Shown here: in pieces, positions 51,104-59,903 of the stretch
Layout of the letters: each line of letters opens with the position of its first letter
Position numbering within the stretch: position 1 is the first letter of the stretch
Assembly (NCBI GenBank): GCA_965243135.1
Contig: OZ251539.1
Location: 3,168,001 to 3,232,000 of the forward strand
Direction of reading: 5' to 3'
DNA: 64,000 nt
Origin: Alphaproteobacteria bacterium
Lineage (GTDB): Bacteria > Pseudomonadota > Alphaproteobacteria > MPNO01 > UBA830
Made by a program: the position numbers and the translations under genes
Notes under the pieces: model-generated
Seen by the model: only the letters and a program-made list of their open reading frames with translations
Databases searched by the model: none
Told to the model about the DNA's origin: nothing

Positions 51104-51551
51104 CGCCCTTCAGCTCGAGATATCCGTCGCCGGATCGCAGCCATCGGGCCGCCTCTTCTGAAACCTCGTCCCCGCCGCGTTTCAGCCGTCCCTTCAGCGC
51201 GCACTCCCAGACCACGAGAACGCGCCATCCCGCATCCCTGAGGCGCACGAGATTTCCGGCGTCCCTCTCGCGATTCCCCGAAATCTTCTCCTTCCAGAAC
51301 TCGGTCCGCGAAGCCGGCCACTTGAACAGGTGGCAACCATGGCCGTGCCAGAAACAGCCGTGCACGAGAATCACGGCTTTCAGCCCCGGGAATACCAGAT
51401 CCGGCTTGCCGGGCAGTTTCCGGTCGTGCAGCCGGTACCGGAATCCCCTGGCGTGAAGACCGCGGCGCACGACCAGCTCGGGACGCGTGTCCTTTCCCCG
51501 GATGCCCGACATCATGCGGCTCCGCGTCTCCCGGTCAACGACGTCAGCCAA
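51096..51551 (-). CDS. vsr: Very short patch repair endonuclease Vsr
   Basis: ADVVD...RSRMMSGIRGKDTRPE, LPGKPDLV, HGCFWHGH, GWRVLVVWEC; TTG start overlapping the dcm stop. Confidence 0.95.
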   Translation of the reverse strand: MADVVDRETRSRMMSGIRGKDTRPELVVRRGLHARGFRYRLHDRKLPGKPDLVFPGLKAVILVHGCFWHGHGCHLFKWPASRTEFWKEKISGNRERDAGNLVRLRDAGWRVLVVWECALKGRLKRGGDEVSEEAARWLRSGDGYLELKGDA

Positions 51552-52821
51552 AGAGCGGCAACTCCCGCTGGCGGAGATCTCCGCCGGCAATCTCCGGGAC
51601 GCCCAGCCACGGCGCCATGTGGCGGGCTACGGCCTCGACGCAGGGAACGACCACGGCGTTGCCGAACTGCCGGTACGCCTGGGTATCGGAGACGGGGATG
51701 GCGAAGGAGCTTTCGCCGGGTTTCTCGAAACCCATCAGCCGCGCGCATTCGCGCGGCGTCAGCCGCCTCGGGTTGCGCCCGTCCTGCCTCACGAGGATCT
51801 CGGACCCGTCCTTGTAGTAGCGCGCCGAAAGGGTGCGGGTGACGTCCTCGGGGCCGACGAGGCCGTAGCCGAAACCGTTGCCCGCCGCCCGATGCTTCAT
51901 CGCGTACGACTGGAGGTAGTTCCAGAGATGGTCCGACAACGTGTACTTGCCGACGACCGCCGCTCTTTCGCCCTCGGTGAACGGGCTCTCGGCCGGCTCG
52001 CTGCCGTCCTCCGGGTGCAGCACGCTCCGCAGCCGCGGGCCTCCCGCGGGCGCGTCCAGGTCGTCGAAAGTGAAACCGTTCGGTTCCCGGAACCCGGCGA
52101 TGAAGATCCGTTCGCGATGCTGCGGCACCCACGGTTTGGCGTCGAGCACCCTGCAATGGACCTGATAGCCCAGCTCTTCCGTCAGGGTCCGCCGCATGAT
52201 CGCGAAGGTCCGTCCGCGATCGTGGCTGAGGAGGTTCTTGACGTTCTCCAGCAGGAAGGCGCGGGGACGATGCGCCTCGACGATCCGGGCCACGTCGAAG
52301 AAAAGCGTTCCCTGCGCCTCGCAGCGGAAGCCGTGCGGCCGGTTGAGCGCGTTCTTCTTGGACACGCCCGCGATCGAAAACGGCTGGCACGGAAAGCCGG
52401 CGAGCAGGAGGTCGTGTTCCGGGATGTCGCCGACGGAGATCCCGGTGATGTCGCCGGCGATTTCGTGATCGCAATCGTGGTTGGCGGCATAGGTGAACCG
52501 GGCGTACCGGTTCCATTCGCAGGTGTAGACGCAACGGCCGCCGAGCGGTTCGAAGCCGCGCCGCAACCCGCCGATTCCCGCGAACAGATCGACGAAGCGG
52601 AAGGGCGGATCGTTGGCCGCCGGTAGACGAGCGGCGCTTGCCAGCCGGTCCAGGTAATGGATCGCAGCCTTCCGAGGCGGATGCTCGCCGCGATCCCACC
52701 GGTATACCGTGCGGGCGGAGAACCCGATTCGGTCTGCGAGCTGCTCGATCGACAGTCCTGCCCTCTCCCTCAGCAGGGCGAATTCGGACGTAGCGGGATT
52801 TGCGATCATCAAGGCTTCCAT
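51544..52821 (-). CDS. dcm: Dcm/M.EcoRII-like C5 DNA methyltransferase with N-terminal HTH (probably CCWGG)
   Basis: DLFAGIGG, GFPCQPFSIAGVSKKN, ENVKNL.SHD.G.TF, PQHRERI, TLSARYYKDGSEIL, QFGNAVV. N-terminal LRERAGLSIEQLA...VYRWDRG HTH. Start is ATG 52821 or 52809. Confidence 0.93.
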   Translation of the reverse strand: MEALMIANPATSEFALLRERAGLSIEQLADRIGFSARTVYRWDRGEHPPRKAAIHYLDRLASAARLPAANDPPFRFVDLFAGIGGLRRGFEPLGGRCVYTCEWNRYARFTYAANHDCDHEIAGDITGISVGDIPEHDLLLAGFPCQPFSIAGVSKKNALNRPHGFRCEAQGTLFFDVARIVEAHRPRAFLLENVKNLLSHDRGRTFAIMRRTLTEELGYQVHCRVLDAKPWVPQHRERIFIAGFREPNGFTFDDLDAPAGGPRLRSVLHPEDGSEPAESPFTEGERAAVVGKYTLSDHLWNYLQSYAMKHRAAGNGFGYGLVGPEDVTRTLSARYYKDGSEILVRQDGRNPRRLTPRECARLMGFEKPGESSFAIPVSDTQAYRQFGNAVVVPCVEAVARHMAPWLGVPEIAGGDLRQRELPLFG

Positions 52822-52970
52822 TAGGGGAATAATTTTGACATAGTGACAGTCTTTCTCACAGATGTAAAGAGATGCGATTCGGCCGGACAAAAAAAATTCT
52901 GCGCTTCGGACGCTTCCGCTCGCTGCGACGCCGCGCTTGCGAGGACTGCCGACGCTGCCGCGGCACGGAA

Positions 52971-53734
52971 TCACGCTGCATTGCAGACGTGCGTCTTGTG
53001 GGCGCGGCAGAAATTGTAGTGCACGAAGTAAAGCGACAGCATGTGAAGATGGTTCTCAATCTTCTTGCTGAACGCATAGGCAGCCGGGTGAACCGGCGCA
53101 TCCCCATCCGCATGGTCAGATTGTGACGTTCGACATGGCTGATCGAAAACTGCCTTGGGTCGGGGCACCCTCCATCCGCCACGTCATGGTCCCGGTACAC
53201 GTCCAAGGCGAGCACTCGTGCTCTGCGCCCTTCCCTTGTTCTCGCCATCATGCAGCTTAACTGTCATGGTGTAGCCGATATCCCGCCGAACGCGCCCTCG
53301 ACAGCGGCCAGATACACCTTATGGTCGTCCGTCGTTAGCTGCACCCGACTGCCAGCTACGCCCGCAGATCGTCCATGAGACCGGTTGCCGTCGCCCCCGA
53401 GCGACCTCCGACCCGGCACGATAGGACATCTTGCTATCGGTGCACAGCGCGGTCCAAGTCCATACATCGCCAGCATCGACCGGCGCGGCCTTTGCGTGCG
53501 GGATATTCTTCTCTTTCGCGTACCAGAAAATCCAAATCTCGTCGCACTGAACCTCGCGGGCTTCGACATCGCGCTGCCTCATCGTGACACGCGGCGCAAG
53601 CCTCGCCCGCTTCGACCTCAGCTCGGTGACGGTGTTGATTGACCCCCGCCAGCCGCGTCTTCAAACGCACCGATATCCCCTCGACCGGCATGGTCGGGAT
53701 CATCGTACGCTTTTCCTGAAGGGAGCCTGTTCAT
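52971..53734 (-). pseudogene. IS1-family transposase, multiply frameshifted
   Basis: Fragments MNRLP, EG.S.R...RL, VQCDEIW, GDVWTWTA, VQLTTDDHKVYL.AVEGAFG, SHVERHNLTMRMGMRRFTRL, AFSKKIENH...YFVHYNFCR.HKT. Confidence 0.85.
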
Positions 53735-53778
53735 GCCCTCGGCAATAGTCCTATCGCCGAGGATTATTTCACCGCAAT

Positions 53779-55086
53779 TTAGGCTGCGATATGCAACTTG
53801 GCCCGGAGATATTCCATGCCCCGATGTCCTTTCACGCGGTTGCAGTGCCCGCAAAGCAACTGGAGGTTTTCGAGATGATCCGTACCACCCTTCGCACGGG
53901 GCACTATATGATCGACTTCAAGGTTCTGCGGCGGAAAATGCAGCTGGCAGCCGGTGCAAAACCCGCCCTGTTCACCGTAAAGGTATCGCTTGTTCTTGGC
54001 GTGGTCGTATCGGAGAACGACGCCAATGTCCGTGCGGGAGGGGATGTCCGTCCGATGCGCTCCTTGAAAGAATAGACCGAGCTCGTTCCTCATGCGCTGG
54101 GCAACGAGTTCCGCCGCCTTTTCGCTAATGTCGATGCCTGCCCACTGGCGCTGTAGATTTTGCGCCGCGATACAGGCTGTCGCACAGCCACAAAACGGAT
54201 CCAGCACCATATCGCCTTCGTTCGACGACGCACGAATGATCCTGTCCAACAGCTTTAACGGTTTCTGCGTCGGATAACCAACGCGTTCTTTCTTCAATCG
54301 TCCGACCGGAGAAAACCCAGTCCACCAAGTCTCGGGGACTTTGCCAACCCTCAAGTATTCGTCTCGTTGGTCAGACGTGAGTGCCTCGTGGATCATCGCA
54401 CCAGCCTGGTTGGTGTTCAACTTCTTGTGGGGGACACGGATGTCCTCGCGGTTGAAGGTCCACGTCTTCCCAACCGTGTACCACAACAGCGTATCGTGCT
54501 TCCGGTTAAATTGGCGCATTCCCGGCGAGCCTGGCCCCGTGTAGCACCAGACGATTTCATTCCGAAACGCCTTGCGCCCAAAGATCGCGTCCATGACGAG
54601 CTTGAGGTATGCGCCCATCGTCGGGTCGCAGTGGAGGTAGATCGAGCCGGCAGGCTTCAAGAGCCGCCGCATTTCGAGCAGCCGCGCCGCCATGTAGGCG
54701 AGATAGGACTTGTCGCTATCCGTCATCGCCGCGAGCAGCACGCGGTAGAGCACGGGATGCTTGGCCTCGATCAGGTTGATCCATTCGACGTCCACATCCG
54801 AAAGCGTCCAGATGTCCTTGAACGCCGCGCCCGCCGCCTTGGACCCTATCGGTGCTGCATAGTTGGCTTTGGAGTTGAACGGCGGGTCGAGATAGATCAG
54901 GTCAACCGACGCGCTGTTCATCCCTCGCATGATGGAGATGTTGTCCCCGGTCCAGATTGTCTGGTTGGCCCAGTTCGGATCGCCTACTTGATTCGGGCTG
55001 GCGGGCTGGCGGGCTGGCGGGCTGGCGGGCTGGCGGGCTGGCGGGCTGGCCCTTTTCAGGGTACCCGTTCTGTCGGGGCTTGTCAC
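53779..55086 (-). CDS. N4-cytosine/N6-adenine DNA methyltransferase (beta class) fused to a C-terminal HNH nuclease
   Basis: WTGDN, LIYLDPPFNS, GSIYLHCD, YPTQKP, VLDPFCGCAT; HNH CTGC...VDHIVP..GG...NLQLLC..CN..K. GTG 55086 overlaps the upstream TGA (alternative start GTG 55101). Confidence 0.9.
   Translation of the reverse strand: MTSPDRTGTLKRASPPARQPASPPARQPASPNQVGDPNWANQTIWTGDNISIMRGMNSASVDLIYLDPPFNSKANYAAPIGSKAAGAAFKDIWTLSDVDVEWINLIEAKHPVLYRVLLAAMTDSDKSYLAYMAARLLEMRRLLKPAGSIYLHCDPTMGAYLKLVMDAIFGRKAFRNEIVWCYTGPGSPGMRQFNRKHDTLLWYTVGKTWTFNREDIRVPHKKLNTNQAGAMIHEALTSDQRDEYLRVGKVPETWWTGFSPVGRLKKERVGYPTQKPLKLLDRIIRASSNEGDMVLDPFCGCATACIAAQNLQRQWAGIDISEKAAELVAQRMRNELGLFFQGAHRTDIPSRTDIGVVLRYDHAKNKRYLYGEQGGFCTGCQLHFPPQNLEVDHIVPRAKGGTDHLENLQLLCGHCNRVKGHRGMEYLRAKLHIAA
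54995..55050 (-). repeat. Simple sequence repeat (GCCAGCCC)7 inside the 5' end of the MTase-HNH gene
   Basis: Seven exact copies of GGGCTGGC on the + strand, 56 bp. Confidence 0.95.
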
Positions 55087-55319
55087 TCTTTGTTGCCCCA
55101 CCGCACGGATGCCGCTGCTGCCACGATTTCGCTCTGGCGTTCCGGCTTCAAGGATGTAGCGTGGGCCTTTCCGCCCATGCGGCCGCCTTTTGCCCTGTTC
55201 GAGCAGCAGGGTTTCGCGTCAAGGGTCTTCGCGATTTCGCTTGTGGCGATCTTTCCTACCGTGACGAAGCACCCTACTGGATCGGCAGGGTGTCGCTCTC
55301 CTCGCGATCCTGTCAGCAT
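55083..55319 (-). CDS. Small basic protein of the type found in IS1-family cargo elements
   Basis: G.RGE.HPAD......KIAT.EI ... KGG..GGKA....L.PER.SEI...AA..RW pattern. Confidence 0.7.
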   Translation of the reverse strand: MLTGSRGERHPADPVGCFVTVGKIATSEIAKTLDAKPCCSNRAKGGRMGGKAHATSLKPERQSEIVAAAASVRWGNKE

Positions 55320-55928
55320 GGTCAGCCTGTTCTCCTTCCATGAATTTTGTCGTTTCCTCTACCCTCTGTCAATGCATAATATGGAATGCGTCGGGAAACC
55401 GATTTCAAACTGAGACACTACCACATGGCGCGTTGCATTGACGCGCCGGAATATGGCTGCCAATCTTCTCGGAAAGCCGAACCGGCGAGGGGTGCGGTCT
55501 GGTTTGGTCTCTTCACCGCACAGGTGGCGCTGATCGTTTTCAGTGGGGACCTTTGCCAGATCTGGCTGCACGAGCCGGAGACGGGAATCACGGTACCTCG
55601 TCCGCCATGGAGAATGGAACGATGCAATCCGCTCGCGAAACACGGGATGTCCGCCAAAGATGTCCGTAGATACAAGGCTTGGTCTCCTTTTCCTTCCGTA
55701 TACGGTCGGTTGCCGAAGACTGTTGGACGGCTCTGCCGGATACCCGTCGGATGTCCTGCTGTTGTTCGGCAGATCGAGACCGTGCGCCACGCTGTCGGTG
55801 CCGCCACGCACGGCGCGTGGCTCGTCCGGGCAATTCCGCTCAGTAGCGACTTCGCGGAGTTGTTTCTGTTATCCGTGTGCAATCCCGGGTTCTGCCGCGT
55901 CGGTTCCTCGTGATCTGGATGCAGCAAG

Positions 55929-58112
55929 ATGAACGCCCGTGTCGCCGGTGCCCTTTCTGGAGACCAGTCGCTGGATCTGCCGTTTAGGCCGCGCGCGCGC
56001 ATTCTTCAGCTTCTCGGAGACGAACTCATCGGTTCGCCTCGAATTGCCATCTTCGAGTTGGTTAAAAATGCTTACGACGCCGATGCCGAGACGGTATGCG
56101 TGGTCATGAACGATATCGACAATTCCGAGGCGTCGATCATTATCCAGGATGATGGCGAAGGCATGACGCTGAAAACCATCCGCAACATCTGGCTGGTCCC
56201 CGGACACGACCATCGCGCACGGCAGCGTGCAGCCCACGAACGGACCCGTCTGGGCCGCCTGCCGCTTGGGGAAAAAGGGCTTGGCCGGTTCGCGGCCCAC
56301 AAGCTCGGGGATCGTATCGAAGTCGTGACGCGGGCGGCGAATGCGAAGGAATGCGTCGTTTCCATTGACTGGACCAAGCTGCTTCGGCGAACGGACCTTT
56401 CGGACGCGAAGGTTCGAGTGGAAACGCGCGCCCCCGAGATATTTCGGAAAAAGCTGACGGGAACACGGATAACGATTTCCAGACTCCGCGAGAAGAACTG
56501 GACCCGCGGCGAGGTGCGCCGTCTGCAGCGACAGGTCACCTCCATTTCGTCGCCATTTACCGGGGTAACCGACGAATTCACTCCGAAGTTGGAGGTACCC
56601 GGTCATAAAGACTGGCTGACCGACGTGCCGGACATCGGCGCCCTGTTGAAACGGGCGCCATGGGATTACGAATTCCGTTTCGATCAAGGCCTTTTCAACT
56701 GGCGTTACCGTTTCCGGGGTATCCACGGCATCAATCTCCAGCCCCGCGAACTCCCCGAAATCGAGCAACCGCTCCAGGTTCGGTCCGAGCGCGACCTGGA
56801 CCCGTTCGGCCAAGACGACGAGGATGGCCGCCGCCGCCGAAGTTCCGTCATTGCGGATGCATCCTTCGCGGAGGGCATCGGCCCGGTCACGGGCGAGTTT
56901 TTCGTCTTCGACAGGGATCCTGCCGTGCTGGCCCGGTTGGGCGAGCGCCAGCTCATTCGGGAATATCTGGACGAGAACGGCGGCATTCGCGTGTATCGCG
57001 ACGGTATACGGGTCTACAACTATGGAGAACCGGACGACGACTGGCTGGGACTCGACTTGCGGCGAGTCAACCTGCCGACACGCAATCTCAGCAAGAATAT
57101 CGTCGTGGGCGCGGTCAATCTTTCGCTGGAAGACAGCCACGGTCTGATGGAAAAAACGAACCGGGAAGGATTTGTTGAAAATCAGGCATTACGGCAATTG
57201 AAACGAATTGTTATCGGCGCACTGACTCCGCTGGAAGTAGAACGCAAGAAAGACAAGGACAAGATACGGCAGCTTACGGGTCGTGGCAAAAAATCGGAAA
57301 CGCGGCGCATACGACAGCCGCTACAGGAACTCCGTCGCGCAGCTCGCAAGCATAACGTACTTGAGCAACTCGAACCCATAATAGATCGCGTGGAGAAGGA
57401 GTACGACGAATTGCGGAACCTCATGCTGCGCGCAGGACTTTCCGGGATGGGGCTCGCTGTTGTCTTCCACGAAGTTGAACAGGGCGTTCGAGGGCTTTGC
57501 AACCTGATCGAGGCAGGCGGAGAGCACAAGGTCATCCGATCAAGCGCACGCCAACTTGCGCGCGTCTTGAATGGATTCACCGTTCTGTTGCGCAAGGACT
57601 CCAGCCGGTCGAACAGCCTGAAGAAGCTCGTGCGCCGGATCCACGACATCAACAGTGTCCGGTTCCAGAAGCATCGGGTTCGCCTAGACAGCCCAACGCT
57701 GCACGGCGACTCGCCGGACGTCAAGGCGGATTTCTCATTCGGTCTCGCGCTCGGCGCGCTGAACAATCTGCTCGACAACGCCTTCTACTGGCTTCGGGTC
57801 CGCTGGCCGGACGCAGACGACGAGCCGTTGGAGCGGGCGATCTACATGAATACAAGCCTTGATCTGGCGGACGGACCCGCCATCGTCGTCGCCGATACCG
57901 GACCCGGATTCTCCGACGGACCGGAAGAGTTGACAAGCCCGTTCTTCAGTCGCCGTCCGGAGGGAATGGGACTCGGGCTCTATTACGCCAGTCTCGTGAT
58001 GGAACTCGGAGGCGGAAAACTTGCGTTCCCTGACGCGAGTGAAGTAGGTGTACCGGAAGAGTTCGCCGGCGCCGTTCTGGCTCTGGTTTTTCCAAAGGAG
58101 AAGCAGCCGTGA
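55929..58112 (+). CDS. GHKL (MORC/HATPase_c_3-like) ATPase fused to a histidine kinase (second copy)
   Basis: ILQLLGDELI, ELVKNAYDADA, DDGEGM, GEKGLGRFA, GTRI, DWLGLDLRR; H-box VFHEV, NLLDNAFYW, DTGPG, GMGLGL. Confidence 0.92.
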   Translation: MNARVAGALSGDQSLDLPFRPRARILQLLGDELIGSPRIAIFELVKNAYDADAETVCVVMNDIDNSEASIIIQDDGEGMTLKTIRNIWLVPGHDHRARQRAAHERTRLGRLPLGEKGLGRFAAHKLGDRIEVVTRAANAKECVVSIDWTKLLRRTDLSDAKVRVETRAPEIFRKKLTGTRITISRLREKNWTRGEVRRLQRQVTSISSPFTGVTDEFTPKLEVPGHKDWLTDVPDIGALLKRAPWDYEFRFDQGLFNWRYRFRGIHGINLQPRELPEIEQPLQVRSERDLDPFGQDDEDGRRRRSSVIADASFAEGIGPVTGEFFVFDRDPAVLARLGERQLIREYLDENGGIRVYRDGIRVYNYGEPDDDWLGLDLRRVNLPTRNLSKNIVVGAVNLSLEDSHGLMEKTNREGFVENQALRQLKRIVIGALTPLEVERKKDKDKIRQLTGRGKKSETRRIRQPLQELRRAARKHNVLEQLEPIIDRVEKEYDELRNLMLRAGLSGMGLAVVFHEVEQGVRGLCNLIEAGGEHKVIRSSARQLARVLNGFTVLLRKDSSRSNSLKKLVRRIHDINSVRFQKHRVRLDSPTLHGDSPDVKADFSFGLALGALNNLLDNAFYWLRVRWPDADDEPLERAIYMNTSLDLADGPAIVVADTGPGFSDGPEELTSPFFSRRPEGMGLGLYYASLVMELGGGKLAFPDASEVGVPEEFAGAVLALVFPKEKQP

Positions 58113-59422
58113 TACCGCCCAGCTACGTAGTCGTGGACAACAGGGAGGAACACCTGAAGGCCATTCTGGAGGTGTTTCAACGGCTCGAAACGCCCTGTCT
58201 GGGAATCCGCTACGATCCTGCGGACGGTATCGGGGAAAGGAAGCTCCGGAACGTTCGGGTCCTGTTTCTGGACTTGCACCTCATCGATGCCTCGGCGACT
58301 ACGGACGAGAGGCAGCACTATACGGCGATCGCTGGCATACTTCGGGATAACGTCAGCCCGGACGGAGGGCCTTTCGTTCTGGTTGTCTGGACCGAGTACG
58401 AGGACAAGGCGGAAGGACTCGGGAATTACCTGAACGAAGACGCCGATCTGGGGTTTGGCGTGCCTCTTGAGATTATCATACTGCCAAAGAGTGAATTCAT
58501 CGATACCAATTCGGGCGAGCCCCTTCCAGGCAATACGCTGCGCGAAAGAGTTCAGGATGCGATTTCCAAGAACCCTCGGCTCAACGCTTTGCTGTCGTGG
58601 GAGGCGGACGTTCAGGCGGCCGCCGGAGAAACGCTCGCGGAGTTGATGAAACTCGTTCCCGACGACAAGCGAAACGCTGGTCAGTACGACGCCGGGCTAG
58701 ACGAGGTGCTGAGCGGCCTCGCAAGTGCAGCCGTTGGAAGAGATCATGTGGACGACGACCCGCGTGGCGCGATCTCTTCCGTTCTCGCCCCGATACTGGC
58801 TGACAGAATTCTCAACCAAGAGAACAAATCCTTAGAGTTATGGAACGAAGCGATTACCCAGCACCGAAACGGCGAAATACCGTCGACGCCGCAAAACAGC
58901 GGCCGGGTCAACCGCTTGCTGCATGTGGCGGTTACTTCGTCGGAGAAAATCGCCCCTAGCGACTGGGGCGCCGTCGTGGAGCTTCCTTCCGAATTGCGGG
59001 ACGACGACGGATTTCAGGACCGCTTCAGCGTGGATAGAGACGGACTTCTCGATAAGGAATTCAAACTCAAAAACGAAGGAGACTACGCCCGGTGCCGCTG
59101 GAGGCTTGTCCGTATCGGAGCTGCGTGCGACTACGCGCAAAATCGTTCCGGTCCGATTCCGTATTTGCTCGGAATTGAAATTCCGCATGACGTCAGACGG
59201 GATCAGCCGTCGGCAGCGGAGTGGAAATCACCCGTTCTCCTTAGCGACTCGAACGACGAACCGTTCAACCTCGCTGTCAACGCGCGTTATTCCCTGAGCG
59301 TTGCGCCGACCGACATTGGGGAATGGAACTCCGTTTACCGACTTCGCGAACAATTGCTTATGCAGCTTATCTCTCATGTCAGCGGCTATCTTTCCCGGCC
59401 CGGCATCATAGCATTGTACTAA
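58109..59422 (+). CDS. Response-regulator-like protein (atypical receiver plus C-terminal 'ACDYAQ' domain)
   Basis: YVVVDN, FLDLHL, VVWT, LPK receiver elements; RIGAACDYAQ; GTGA overlap with the kinase gene. Confidence 0.8.
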   Translation: MIPPSYVVVDNREEHLKAILEVFQRLETPCLGIRYDPADGIGERKLRNVRVLFLDLHLIDASATTDERQHYTAIAGILRDNVSPDGGPFVLVVWTEYEDKAEGLGNYLNEDADLGFGVPLEIIILPKSEFIDTNSGEPLPGNTLRERVQDAISKNPRLNALLSWEADVQAAAGETLAELMKLVPDDKRNAGQYDAGLDEVLSGLASAAVGRDHVDDDPRGAISSVLAPILADRILNQENKSLELWNEAITQHRNGEIPSTPQNSGRVNRLLHVAVTSSEKIAPSDWGAVVELPSELRDDDGFQDRFSVDRDGLLDKEFKLKNEGDYARCRWRLVRIGAACDYAQNRSGPIPYLLGIEIPHDVRRDQPSAAEWKSPVLLSDSNDEPFNLAVNARYSLSVAPTDIGEWNSVYRLREQLLMQLISHVSGYLSRPGIIALY

Positions 59423-59903
59423 TCACTTCCCGGGAGTCCTTCAGACCAACATAAGTTCCTTCGTTCCGCCGTCGCCCTCCTGAATACAGAATTCTGCCTC
59501 CCGGAAACGCTGGACAGCCGGAACTGCAAGCAGAGCGGTTACCCGATCCCGCATGGGGAGCACTGTGCATAGTCGCGGGACGGTTCGGCGGCAGTTTTGC
59601 ACATACAGCGAGCCCGGGTCGTCCCATTCGTTTCGGAGCACGAACGAAATGCAATCGTGCGTACAGTTGATGGTCGAAGCGTCTGCGGCAACTCTGGAAA
59701 ATTTCAAGAGGTCCGTTCGCCAGCGACGATCTGTATCGCAGACCGCAAGTTGTCCGACGAGCCGAGAGCCGCGCCCGACTTTGGTAACGGGTTGTCGATG
59801 ACTGTTATTATCATCGGTAACGTTGTCTACGTTTACGCCTGCCCCCGAGGAATCACTCGCCATCGTAGTGGATCATGTGATCGGGAGCATCGCAGGGTTA
59901 GAC

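Larger units (their letters stand above)
52971..55422 (-). mobile_element. Decayed IS1-family element carrying passenger genes
   Basis: One IS1-like terminal repeat (GGTAGTGTCTCAGTTTGAAAT, minus strand 55422-55402), the small basic ORF, an MTase-HNH gene and the transposase remnant are all co-oriented; second end not found. Confidence 0.65.

Noticed and set aside
54995-55050. Repeat array considered as a CRISPR
   Set aside because: Contiguous 8-bp units with no spacers; no cas genes; no CRISPR array seen anywhere in the window.
55423-55928. ORFs between the IS end and the second GHKL kinase
   Set aside because: No frame gives a convincing protein; a possible nuclease remnant could not be supported.
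59441-59863. 140-aa minus-strand ORF at the island's right edge
   Set aside because: No motifs or RBS; left unannotated.
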